A program made the translations under genes and the position numbers. 64,000 nt of DNA from Hypanus sabinus (Eukaryota). Where the stretch lies: NCBI RefSeq assembly GCF_030144855.1, contig NW_026780602.1, positions 372,001 to 436,000 of the forward strand, given 5' to 3'. Below the pieces are notes generated by a model. The model worked only from the letters and a program-made list of their open reading frames with translations. It did no database searches and was not told the DNA's origin. This document shows positions 25,101-37,116 of this stretch, one piece after another. Position 1 is the first letter of the stretch; each line of letters starts with the position of its first letter.

Positions 25101-25265
25101 ACCCCCAGATGGTGAGAGAAATTCGCAGTAAGCGAAGCTGGTGGGCAGAGGAGGTACATCCTGGCAAGGAAATACACTTTCCGGAGGGAACTGAACCCCC
25201 TCTGACGAAGAGGAGGAAATGCATCATCAGGAGTGTTGATCAGAAAGGATCATCAACGAGTGAAT

Positions 25266-25682
25266 TGTGGAAGAATTTAAGACCCTTTGGATACGTAGGG
25301 GTTAACCTAATCGCCTGTGAATTCTCTTAAAATTTTTCTAAAATCCTTGCAGGTCTTGGAATTCAGCTAAAGTCCTTACACGAAAGATGTCGTGGCCTCG
25401 CATTTACGTAAAGCTCTTGTTTGTTGCAATCTCGTTCTAAGATCCGAGTCACGTTGTTTGTTGAAATCTAGTCCTAAGTTCAGAGTCAAGCAATGCTCTT
25501 GTTAAGAGCTTTAAGTCACGTAATCTGTGTCTGTACAATGAAGCGGGTCTGCGAGACAAACAGAGACCCAAGCACCGCCTTTAGGTGCAGAGGTTCCCCG
25601 TGATATCACGTAAAAATAAAGTCCTTTAGTCTGAAATAGTTCTGAGTCGGCCTGATTTGTTCTGTCTGCTGCTCCTGAGATT
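25266..25682 (+). repeat. ERV 3' LTR (diverged, terminus lost)
   Basis: TGTGGAAGAATTTAAGACCCTTTGGA...CTGAGTCGGCCTGATTTGTTCTGTCTGC shared with the 5' LTR. Confidence 0.8.
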
Positions 25683-25939
25683 GATCTGTCAGAAACTACA
25701 TGTCGTATATGCACTTTATGTCAACTTGTATTTCGACAGCATATTCTACCTGTTAATATTATTGTATTGCTTTGATATTATTTTATGTGCTGTATGTGAT
25801 ATATGTTCTGTGCTTTGCACCTTGATCCCTGTTTCGTTTCGCTGCATACATGTGTACAGAGCAATAAAAATATATCTAAACTTCAGCTTTAAATTGAACT
25901 TGAGTGTTGGACAATTTCGATAATTCACCCTGAAGCGAT

Positions 25940-27050
25940 CTTTAGACCATAAGACCATCCGCATAATTGGGACCTTCAGCCCATCGTGTCTGCATTTCCA
26001 TTTCATCATGGCTGACCCCGGATCCCACACAACTCTATAAATCTTCCTTCTCACCACATCCTTCGATGCTTTGGGCTCTCAGGAAACGATCAGCTTCTGT
26101 GTTAATTACACCCACGGACTTGGCCTCCACCTCAGTCTGTGGCCGAGCCCTCCACAGACACGCTACTCTCTATCTAAAAAAAATCCCCTTTGCCTCTGGT
26201 CCGAAAGTTGGTCCATCAATTTTGAGGATATTTTGAGAATTTTGAGGCCCTCGTCTGGGTGCCCCCACTTTAGGAGACATCCTCTCCATATCAACCCTAT
26301 CTAGTCCTTTCAAAATTCGTTAGGTTTCAGTGAGATCCCCGTGTATGCTTCTAAATTCCAGTGAATACAGACCCAAAACTGCCGAACGCTCTCCATATGC
26401 CAACCCAGTCCTTCCAGGGATCATTCTCGTGAATGTCCTCTTGACTCTTTCCAATAACAACAGATCCTTTCTGTGATCTGGGGCTTCTAGCTGATGACGT
26501 TACTCTAAGTGCGGCCTGACTACTGACTCATAAAGGTTTAGTATTATCTCCTTGCTTTTATATCCTGTTCCACCTGAAGTAAATGCTTGAATTGCAATTG
26601 CCTTCTTTACCACAAACTCAGCCTGTAGCTTCAACTTCTGCAAGTCCTCCACGGGGACTCCTAACTTCATCTGCATCCGAATGTTTGGATTTTTTCCCCA
26701 TTTTGATAAAAGTCCGCACTATTGTTCCTTTTGATAAAATGGTGACCATTCTTTTCTCCACACTGTATTCCATCAGCCCAAAGTTTGCCCACTCTTGCAA
26801 TTTGTCCAAGTTCTGCTGTAATCGCATTGCTTGCGTGGTACTACCTACCCCTCCTGCTGTATTTGTATCATGTGCAAACTTTGCCACAAAGCCATCAACT
26901 CCATTATCCAAATCACTGACAAAAGTTGGAAAAGTAGCGTTCCCAATACTGACCTCTGAGGAACACCACTAATCACTGGCAGCCAGCCACTGCCGCCTCC
27001 TGTCCGTCAGCCAGTCCGCAATGCATGCTGGTATCTTCCCTGTAACGCCG
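25940..27050 (-). mobile_element. CR1 LINE 3' fragment
   Basis: Minus strand DNGVDGFVAKFAHDT..RLQQNLDKLQEWA and (TATGGTCT)-type tail at ~25941. Confidence 0.8.
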
Positions 27051-28049
27051 ATACTTCCTGAAATTTGATGTCTTCGCAATTGGAACAGACTTTGAATCTA
27101 TTGGAATGATGAAGAACATTGAGGGTGGCTGATGCTTCAATTGGCGAACGTGCTGATTTACAAAACTATCTGATATGTTTGTAGAGAATTGCTTAATGTA
27201 AATAACCCCGGCACTGAGATGGACTTGACATTTGATTTACCTCAGCTCCGAAGGCAGACAGAATATCATACATCATCCACCTAATTCCGATGTACTCCGA
27301 CATACGCATGTGTACATTGATGAACTGTGGACATTATCTCACGAACAGTGGCCGTTCTGCCTGGTTGTTGACGTACTATTGTTTCGTATCACATACCCGC
27401 CAACGCACATACACACTGTGGTTCATCACCACACTGCGCGAATTTATCTAATTTACAAAATGTACTTTTCAGGAGTGGGGATCACTGACAGTGTTCAGTG
27501 TGCATCACCACTCAACCTTGTAGTCTGACACCTTCTGAGGCGCCGACGTCGCTCCGCTCAAGCACGTTAATCCCCGGTCCCAGCACTCAGACGGTAACTT
27601 TGTATATAATATTGTATGAGATCATAACAAAAAAAAAACAACATTCTGTGTCTCCCTACCTCCAACAGTGCATGATGTAGGAAGTTCCTTATCACCCATA
27701 TACGTTGTAGATAAAAGGTGTAAGACAATCTTCCACATTGCTCTTTAAACCCTGAATATCGTAGCGAATACTCAGGTCATACTGATCTCAGCGAACGGAA
27801 AGAAAGTCTCTCTGACATCCTCTTCTATTTCATTGGTAATGTTGATTGCCCAGTGAAGGTGCAACTCTGTAATCTCTCTGACGAAGTCTGACAAGTTTCA
27901 TGGGAACAAGCGGCTTCGGTCCGCACACCGAAGTAAACGATTAAATATCAGCGTTTTCAGTGCTGATGGAGGTGATTTATATCTGCTTGTTTGGAGTAAC
28001 CATATCATATATAACTGACCCTCCACCGGCTATAACAGACTATATCATC

Positions 28050-28595
28050 AGTGACGGTAGAGTCGCGTCACTACCCCATTGCCGGGTTTCTGCATCAATT
28101 GTTTGGTTTCCATGACGTCACATTCAGGACGGAATCACAGCCTATAAGGTGAGACAGAGACTAACGGGTTGACATCAGACTGGATCCATGATGACAAAGG
28201 TTATTGAAGGATTATTCTGTGAAAAGTAAAGGCAAGCACAGCATCAGTAATGTTACAGTCAGTGGGAATCAGCAGAAAGCTGTGTAACAAATGCAGTTAC
28301 GGAACGGAGCGGGACCTCTTCACTGAGTTACTGTGGGACAACGAAAGGACCCTCCTGGAGCGATGCTCTCCGCGGGCGAGGGGAGCGCTGACGTCACTCC
28401 CTCGGGGGGTGGGGGTGCTCTGTTGTGGAATGTGAATGAAGGAGCTTCATGATCCAGCTGCTCAGTCCATCAGCTGGGGAACAGGTGGCACCGGAGCGGA
28501 ACGTCAAGCCTTGTTTGTTCATTGGCTGTAAATAACGTCATTCATTGCACAACCCGCCTACCCGTGACGGAGAATTCGTGTTTCCTATAAATTAG
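28050..28595 (+). promoter_or_regulatory. GPCR promoter: CRE palindromes (28113-28120, 28389-28396), CRE half-sites, reverse CCAAT (28521), TATAAA (28586-28591)
   Basis: Motifs read directly; the TATA box is ~75 nt upstream of the ATG. Confidence 0.6.
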
Positions 28596-28664
28596 CAGGG
28601 TATCGTGGTCCGAGTCACACGCTGATGTGAACTGCACAACGGGAGATAATTCAAGCAATCGAAC

Positions 28665-28734
28665 ATGAGTCGACCGGCGATCCTACAGGTGAAAGACGTT
28701 TGTTACCCTGTTCTAGCGGTGTTTGGTTTACCCG
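28665..28734 (+). CDS. GPR139/GPR142-like class A GPCR, exon 1 (MSRPAILQVKDVCYPVLAVFGLP, phase 1)
   Basis: ATG at 28665, G|GTAAGT donor; supplies the missing first half of TM1 in frame with exon 2. Confidence 0.88.
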
Positions 28735-29319
28735 GTAAGTCGTATTAATACAGTGTCTAACAGCTATTGGCCTTCTGCAGGACACTGTTATTTTTTATGA
28801 AGCATGATCCGAAGATGCGCCGCAATGTGTCCATTATACAAGATGCTCAATAGTCGCTGTATCGTTCCCTGTCCACACGGCCGGTGAGAAGACTTTCCTC
28901 TGGACACAGGAGGGTGTCAATAACTCAGCCCCAATGCTCAAAGTTCTGATTTGTGATGGCCGATATGCAAAATGATCTCTGTGTTTACCCAGTGTTTTAC
29001 TTTAAATGAATGATGGATCTGTATTTACAGCTCCGTTTCTTTTATGCGGAGCACCTCACAACCTACCATTCACCATGTAATGGTGACCTGGTTTATCCGC
29101 CTGCAGGGCAGCACATGACCCAGGCTCCCAGTAAATTACGCGGGCTGTTTCTCAGCCCGTTTCCAGCCGGTGAAGATCACACTGGGAAGTGCCTTTCCGT
29201 CCTGCCTATGCTCACTCTCAGACCACCGGACTAAACAGAAATACATCCGAACGTATTTCAGATATAAGTTGTAAGATTCTTTAGTGATGTCTTTATCTGT
29301 TGTTTTTTCTCTGTTGCAG

Positions 29320-30251
29320 CTAATTTGTTAACAATTATCATTCTGTCCCGGGGAAAATGCGGTCTTTCCAAATGCATCTCTGCCTACATGACGATGATGG
29401 CTGTGTCAGATCTATCGGTCATTCTCATCAATGTCCTTGTCTATGAGATTTTAATATTCCGTCTGTCCAGTTCATTTCTGCATTATACGGAAGTCCTTAA
29501 AGCCACGATCTACGTGCTGGCGGTCACTCTGGAACTATCACGGTGGTACACGGTGGCCTTCACCTGTGATCGATATGCTGCCATATGTTGTCAGAAGTTT
29601 AAAACAAAATACTGCAGAGTGAAGACAGCCAGAATCCTGGCAGCTGTAATACTGGCGGGGCTTTGTTTGGAGAATATACCCCTCTTGTTTGCATTTCAGC
29701 CTCAATGGATAATTGGAAATATTTCGTGGGGTGTCCGCCCGAAATTGGACATCTTCAACTCTCCAACGTTTGCCGCGTTCAGCAGATTCAAATCCTTTCA
29801 AAACCTGATCTGTGCATTTGGTTTAATACTTCTATGTAACGGGATGACGGCCAGGCATATCTTAGTGGCTAGCAAATCCCGGAGGTGCTTCCGAACCCAT
29901 AAGAGTAAGAATGAACGTGATCTGGAAATGGAGAGCAGGAAAAAGAGCATCATGTTATTGTTCTGTGTATCGGGCAGCTTCATGCTATTTTGGCTGCCGT
30001 CGGCAGTGACCAGCTCTATCGCCAGCCTAACCATGTATTTTGATCGCGACTATTACTCTGCCCGATATATCTCTGCTCAAACTGGGGTTCTGCTCACGAA
30101 CCTGAGTTCCTGTACAAACACGTGTATTTATGCAGCCACCCAAACTAACTTCAGGGCAGAGTTGAAAACGTTGATACTGTCTCCTTGGACGCTTATTCGG
30201 GAATCGATCAAGACAAATGTAAGATCATCTAACGCTTTCTCCCCTGAGTAG
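29320..30251 (+). CDS. GPR139/GPR142-like class A GPCR, exon 2 (spliced product ~333 aa, intact 7TM)
   Basis: Polypyrimidine-TTGCAG acceptor; ANLLTIIILSRGKCGLS, MAVSDL, FTCDRY, EMESRKKS, NTCIY; AATAAA at 30323. Confidence 0.93.
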
Positions 30252-30761
30252 AACTCAGTTCCAGCTCGCACACGTCTTACAACAGGCAACATTTTGTAAA
30301 AGATCTGCGTTTTTAGGTTGATAATAAAATAAAAATCCTCATTTAAAACAGCCCGATGCTGGTAACTGAAAGTGTCTCATTCATATTTGATAAGAATCAG
30401 CTCGAGGTAGAAATAAAATGTATGAATGTGTGGAATTTGCCGGATAGAACACAGTATTGAATTAGACAAGCGTCATTTCAATGTTAAAGAAACCAGACTA
30501 TTTGCACCCAACATTGGATCTCAGTAAAGCAGCAGAGAGCTACGGTCAATAACATCCTTATTCCATATTTCCCGATCTGTCAAACTGTATCATGTGAAGC
30601 AGCGAAAGAGAGTTGCAAAAACTTTTCGAATACTGCACAGCCGCGTCCACAATCCTCAGCTGGAATTGAGTATAGAAAATATTCTTCCTCGATAATTAGT
30701 AGAAGAATACAAATTTAGGAAAGAAGTTACGTCGCCTGTCTAACGATCCTGTGTTATTTTA

Positions 30762-32800
30762 GGCAAGGCAGCATCTATAGGGAGAAGCGCTGTCGACGTT
30801 TCGGTCCGAGACCCTTCGTCAGGACTAATCGAAAGGAAAGATAGTAAGAGATTTGAACGTACTGTGGGGAGGTGGAAATGCGAAATGATAGGAGAAGACC
30901 GGAGGGGTGGGATGAAGCTAAGAGCTGGAAAGGTGATTGGCGAAAGTGATACAGAGCTGGAGAAGGGAAAGGATCATGGGACGGGAGACCTCAGGAGAAA
31001 GAAAGGGAGGGGGAGCACCAGAGGGAGATGGAGAACAGGCAAACAACTAAATATGTCAGGGATGGGGTAAGAAGGGGAGGAGGGTCATTAACGTAAGTTA
31101 GAGATGTCAATGTTCAAGCCTTCACGTTGGAGGCTACCCAGTCGGTATATAAGGTGTTGTTCCTCCAACCAGAGTTCGGATTCATTTTGACAGTCGAGGA
31201 GCCCATGGATAGACATATCAGAATGGGAATGGGACGTGGAATTAGAATGTGTTGCCACTGGGAGATCGTGCTTTTTCTGGCGAACCGAGCGTAGGTGTTT
31301 CGCGAAACGGTCTCCCAGTCTGCGTCAGGTCTTACCAATATATAAAAGGCCACACCGGAAGCACCGGATGCAGTATACCACACCAGCCGACTCACAGGTG
31401 AAGTTTCGCCTCACCTGGAAGGACTGTCTGGAGCCCTGAATGGTGGTGAGGGAGGAAGTGTAAGGGCAGATGTAGCACTTGTTCCATTTACAATGATAAG
31501 TGCCAGGAGGGAGATCGGTGGGAAGGGATGGTGGGGGGGGGGGGGGACTAGTGGACAAAGGAGTCGCGTAGGGAGCAATCCCTACGAAAAGCAGAAGGGG
31601 GGGGGGAGGGAAAATATGTTTGGTAGTGAGATCCCGTTGGAGGTGTTGGAATTTACGGAGAATCATATGTTGGACCTGGAGGCTGGTGGGGTGGTAGGTA
31701 AGTACAAGGGGAACTTTATCCCGAGTGGGGTGGTGGGTGGATGGCGTGAGGGCAGATGTGCGGGAAATGGGAGAGACGCGTTTGAGAGCAGAATTGATGG
31801 TGGACGAAGGGAAGCCCTTTTGTTTAAAAAAGGAAGACATCTCCTTCGTCCTGGAAGGAAAAACCTTATCCTGAGAGCAGATACGGCGGAGTCGGAGGAA
31901 TTGTGAGAAGGGGATAGCCTTTTTGCAAGAGACAGGGTGGGAAGAAGAATAGTCCAGATAGCTGTGAGAGTCTGTAGGCTTATAGTAGATATCAGTAGAT
32001 AGGCCGTCTCCAGAGATGGAGACAGAAACATCAAGAAATGGGAGGGAGGTGTCGGAAATGAACCAGGTAAATTTGAGGGCAGGGTGAAAGTTGGAGACAT
32101 AGTTAATGAAGTCGACGAGCTCAGCATGTGTGCAAGAGGCAGCGCCAATGCAGTCGTCGATGTAGCGAAGGAAAATAGGGGGATGGATACCCGTATAGCC
32201 TTGGAACATTGACTGTTCCACAAAGCCAACAAAAAGGCAGGCATAACTGGGACCCATCCGGGTGCCGATGGCTACACCCTTGGTTTGGAGGAAGTGGGAG
32301 GAGCCAAAGGAGAAATTATTGAGAGTTAGGACTAATTCCTCTGAACGGAGGAGAGTGGTGGTAGAGGGGATTTGGTTCGGTCCGGAATCCAAAAAAAAAA
32401 CCGAAGAGCTTCGAGACCATCTCGGTGGGGGATGGAGGTATATAGCTACTGGACGTCCATGGTGAAAATAAGACGGAGAGGGCCAGGGAACTTAAAATCA
32501 TTGGAAAGATTTAAAACATGAGAAGAGTCACTAACATAGGTGGGAAGAGATTGAAGAAGGGGGGATAAGACAGTGTCAATGTATGCAGAAATGAGTTTGG
32601 TGGGGCAGGAGTAAGCTGACACAATAGGTCTACCTGGACAGGCAGGTTTGTAGATCTTGGGTAGGAGGTAGAAACGGGAAGTGCGTGGTGTGGGAACTAT
32701 GAGGTTTGTGGCAGTGGATGGCAGATCCCCAGAGCTAATAAGGTTGGTGATGGTATTGGAGACAATGGCCTGGTGCTCCTTAATGGGATCATGATCAAGG
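30762..32800 (-). mobile_element. Penelope-like element (RT + GIY-YIG endonuclease + pLTR tail), 5'-truncated
   Basis: 355-aa ORF 31325-32392: LQTKGVAIGTRMGPSYA, FLRYIDD, LPFLDV, YYKPTDSHSYL, GVVYCIRC..CGLLYIGKT. Confidence 0.93.
30792..30825 (-). ncRNA. Minimal type I hammerhead ribozyme motif in Penelope pLTR
   Basis: Reverse complement GTC-CTGACGA-AGGGTCTCGGACC-GAAACGTC-GAC; one stem II mismatch. Confidence 0.6.
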
Positions 32801-32801
32801 A

Positions 32802-33500
32802 TCCCGCTTCACCGGTGAGTCGGCTGGTGTGGTATACTGCGTCCGGTGCTCCCGGTGTGGCCGTTGGTGAGACCCGACGCAGACTGGGAGACCGTTCCGC
32901 AGATAACCTACGCTCGGTCCACCAGAAAAAGCAAGACCTCCCAGTGGCCACACATTCTAATTCCACGTCCCATTCCCATTCTTGTATGTCTATCCATGGC
33001 CTCCTCTACTGTCAAGATGAATCCAAACTCAGGTTGGAGGAACAACACCTTATATACCGGCTGGGTAGCCTCCAAACTGATGGCATGAACATTGACTTCT
33101 CTAACTTCCGTTAATGCCCTCCTCTTCTTACCCCATCCCTGACATCTTTAGTTGTTTGCCTGCTCTCCATCTCCCTCTGGTGCTCCCTTTCTTTCTCCTG
33201 AGGCCTCCCGTCCCATGATCCTTTCCCTTCTCCAGCTCTGTATCACTTTCGCCAATCACCTTTCCAGCTCTGAGCTTCATCCCACCCCCTCCGGTCTTCT
33301 CCTATCATTTCGTATTTCCCCCTCCCCCTACTACGTTCAAATCTCTTACTATTTTTCCTTTCGTTTAGTCCTGACGAAGGGTCTCGGCCCGAAACGTCGA
33401 CAGCGCTTCTCCCTATAGATGCTGCCTGGCCTGCTGTGTTCCACCAGCATTTTGAGTGTGTTGTTTGAATTTCCAGCATCTGCAGATTTCCTCGTGTTTG
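32802..33500 (+). mobile_element. Inverted Penelope pseudo-LTR (GIY-YIG C-terminus + tail)
   Basis: VGETRRRLGDR..LPVATHSNS..KLRLEEQHLIYRLGSLQTDGMNIDFSNF; reverse complement of 30762-31410. Confidence 0.92.
33368..33401 (+). ncRNA. Minimal type I hammerhead ribozyme motif in Penelope pLTR
   Basis: GTC-CTGACGA-A-GGGT-CTCG-GCCC-GAAACGTC-GAC: CUGANGA and GAAA cores, stems I and II, palindromic ACGT in place of stem III. Confidence 0.7.
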
Positions 33501-33689
33501 TGTTATTTTAGCTTACGTTGTGCTGTTCCATTTATTTCGTGATCGGCAGTGCCACTCAGCTGTACTGGAACCTCCTCAATTGACCAGCCACCCCTCGGCA
33601 ATAGAAGGCGATCTTCTATTCCCAATCCTGTAGACATTATATTCGATGTTACTCCGCGATATGCCTGGTTACGGAAATCAGCCCTTACA

Positions 33690-33930
33690 GGAGTCAAACA
33701 CGAACGCCAGTTTTGGGAGCAGCTTCTTTCCAACTGCGATAAGACTCCTGAACAGATTCTGACCCGGATCTGGGCCGTACCTTCTTAATATCCGGACCTG
33801 ACTTGCACTACCTTATTTTCCCATTTCTATTTTCTAATTATGATTTATAATTTAATTTTTCATTATATTTATTTCGATTCGTACTTCAGGGAGCGCGAAG
33901 CACAGAAACAAATAAATATTTGAGTACTTT
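33690..33930 (+). mobile_element. Rex1/Babar 3' tail fragment
   Basis: GSSFFPTAIRLLN-type end followed by AT-rich UTR and AATAAA. Confidence 0.55.
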
Positions 33931-35257
33931 CTGTGAAAACTAATAAATAAGCACACGATCTCTTCCTTTTCAAATTGATTTTCTTAAATCATGTACCGAT
34001 GACCACATTGACTTTCTAATTAAATCTAATATGTTTCATATTTCAGGGAGGCGATACTCTCACCAACGCTCCATAGCACGCCCAGCAAACCCATCCCCAA
34101 AATGCCGGGATTGCGTGAAAGCTGATTTATTCAGGTTATTAACAAGGACCACGCCAAGCTGATTCTCACCTGGTCTAAAGCCGACTAAGCCAATGCAATC
34201 TCGGATTTCCCTTCCACAAGCTTCAATGTCACTCAAACCTGTCGAACTGTCTGCCTGATTGATTCACAGCTCATTGTCATGGTGGATTGAACGTGCCGAA
34301 GCGGGCGCCTTCCTGACTGACTCCCATCTGCCTGTGTTTAGACATCAATCCTTCCGAAGCTTTCATAACATGATCTTGTCCAAACGCGAGAGACATTCCA
34401 ATTATATCCGTCTCAACTATATTTACTGTCATCTCGTTCCATGTACCCACCACAATGAAAATTGTGTTACTCAGGAACCCCTTCAAATCTTCCCTTCTCG
34501 CATACAAATACTGCCACTCGTTCCAGAATCCACTCGGTTGGTGAAATGCTGACTATCCGCGCCATGTCTTTTATATAAATCTTTATATGTTCACCGTTCA
34601 GCCTCTACCCCAGAACAAAAAGAATTCCAGACTATCCATACTTCCCGCTGACGTCAAACTCCAAGTTCCAACTACATCATTGTGAATCCTTTCCGCGTCT
34701 TTCAACAACAGGTGAGCACTTCCCACTGAAATTCACTCCTCTGCGCATGTTAGCGGATCGCACACTTTGTTTCGACCCGTCACAGGGGCAGGTGTAAACG
34801 TACGAACTCTTTTTCCGTATCTGTTCGGTTGACGTTAATGATGAAATGAGCTTGTTGCTGCGGATATGAGTTTTGAGAGAGAGCCGCAGAATGTCCTTCC
34901 GGGTCACGCTGCATCTTCAGATTAACTACATCCCTGCTCTTCCTGATATCTACACTTAAAAGGGGATTATCAGCAGGTGGGGTCCGGCCACTCATCGTCC
35001 AGTGACGTCGCTTATGATCCCAACAACAATCCCTGACGCTTGTATTAATAATGTTAATAAATGGATTTATGGCACAGACGCTCTGTCTCTCGAAACTTTC
35101 CTACGGGGTCACAGGGTCCTAAACATACATTGATATTACGGAGTTGTTCCGGGACGGTAGGCAAGGCAAAGGGAATGGTATCCTTGCCGAGGATTGGACT
35201 ATTTTAAATTAATCTGTGTTAATTAGTTTTGGTATTTCCGTTCTTCTTTGTTGTTTT

Positions 35258-36720
35258 AATGTCATCATCATGGCTTGGCTTCCCGAACGCAGATTTAGGA
35301 AGGGGGCTGCCCCCGTCTTCTGCAGGCTCGCTGGTGGCTGACGAGGCCAGCACGGGACAGGCAGGCCGGGACACAGCGGCTGCAAGGGAAATTCTGTTCC
35401 GGGCTTGGTGCTGCTGTGTCACCGTTCCTCCTCCTTCTCCTTTCATCCTGAAGGCCGGCCCTACGTGCGTTCCCGAAGGAGGAGACAGACTGATGAATGG
35501 CGTGTCGCCAGGCCTCGCCATCGGAGGCTCGAGTAGACCACTGGCGATGGTCAATGTGACAGGCACCAAGGGATTTCTTCAGAGAGTCCTTGTGCTTCTT
35601 CTTCGGTGCCCCCTGTCACGGTGGCCAGTGGAGAGTTCGCCACACAGGCGATGATCCTCCATCCGGGACACGTGCTCTGTCCAGCGCAGCCGCGTCTTCA
35701 TCAGCCGGGTCTCGATGCTGGTGACCTCCGCCTGTTCGAGGACTTCGATCTTGGTGACGGAGTCACTCCAGTGGATGCCGAGGACGGTGCGGAGGCAGCG
35801 CCGGTGGAAACGCTCAAGGAGTGGTGGGAGGTGACGGTAGGTGATCCAGGACTCGAAGCCGTACAGGAGGGCGGTCAGTACAACGGCTCTGTACACGCTG
35901 ATCTTTGTGCCTTTCTTCAGAAGCTTGTTGTTCCAGACTCTTTCTCACAGCCTGCCGAGTGCGCTGTTGGCCTTTGCCAGTCTGTTGTCAATCTTTTTGT
36001 CGGTCTCGGCATCTGACGAGACGGTGCACCCCGAGTAGCTGAACTGGTGACCGTCTTCAGCTCTGTCTCGCCGATGGTGATGGGGGGAGGGTGGTAATCT
36101 TCCTGAGGTGCGGGCGGATGGAGAACTTCTGTCTTCTTCAAGCTGGCTCCCAGTCCGAAGGGCTCGGCAGCCTCTGCGAAGCCGGATGTTATCCGCAGCA
36201 GGGCTGTCTCTGTGGGGGCAACGAGGGCAGCATCGTCGGCGAAGAGGAGCTCTCGGGTGAGTTGCTCCAGTGTCTTGGTGCGGGACTGCGGTCGCCTCAG
36301 GTTGAACAGGCTGCCATCGGGGCGGTAACGGACGTAGACACCGTCCTCGTCATCACGGTCTTCCGTGACCCTTTCGAGCACGATTCTGAAGAAGATAGTG
36401 AAGAGAGTCGGCGGGAGGACGCAGCCTTGCTTTACACCGTTGCCTATTGGGAAGGGCTCTGAGAGGTCGTTGCGGTGTCTGACCTGGCCACGCTGATCTT
36501 CGTGTAGCTGGATGACCAGGCCGAGGAACACTGGTGGGCATCCCAGTCGTTCCATGATTTGCCACAGACCTTCCCTGCTCACAGTGTCGAACGCTTTGGT
36601 AATGTCGACAAACGTCATCTGCAATCCCTTGTTCTGTTCCCTACATTTCTCCAGGAACCGCCTGAGGACAAATACCATGTCCTTGGGCTCCTGTTGACTC
36701 TGAAGCCACACTGACTCTCT
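35258..36720 (-). mobile_element. RTE-clade (BovB-like) LINE, 3' 1.5 kb
   Basis: DMVFVLRRFLEKCREQNK..FVDITKAFDTVSREGLW..GVKQGCVLPP..ELLFADDAAL; YRAVVLTALLYGFESW..LERFHRRCLR; (TGA)n tail. Confidence 0.92.
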
Positions 36721-36819
36721 GGCAGATACATTAAATTAACAGTAAAAACCAACATTTAAACATAATGTATGTACAATTGTACAAGAAAGAACAGAATTAG
36801 AACAGAAAAAAAAACTCCC

Positions 36820-37002
36820 ATGCAACAAACACAAAATGCTAGAGGAACTCAGCGGACCAGGCAGCATCTATGGGAAATAATTCAGTCAACATTTCTGAAA
36901 GGTCTTGGCCCCTGACTTCGACTTTCTACAGATATTGCCTGGTCTGCAGCGGTTTGTGTGTGTCGCTTGGATTTCCAGCATCTGCAGATTCTCTCTCGTG
37001 TG
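36820..37002. mobile_element. MITE-like Penelope-tail derivative (two tails in inverted orientation)
   Basis: Left half matches the reverse complement and right half the forward form of the 33380-33500 tail; hammerhead core degraded. Confidence 0.6.
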
Positions 37003-37116
37003 AAAATTGCTCGTGATTGTGAAAACCTGCCAAAGTAGTTATCATGTTGCTGAGCTGCAGTAATCAGGATGATTGGTTCCAAATATGATTGGTTGAAGAG
37101 AAGCTGATGTCGTTGC

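Larger units (their letters stand above)
18269..25682 (+). mobile_element. Decayed class I (epsilon/gamma-like) endogenous retrovirus: LTR-PBS-gag-[CR1]-pro/2H-RT-RNaseH-IN-env-LTR
   Basis: Related LTRs at both ends, PBS, and gag/pol/env motifs in the correct order; multiple stops and frameshifts. Confidence 0.92.
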
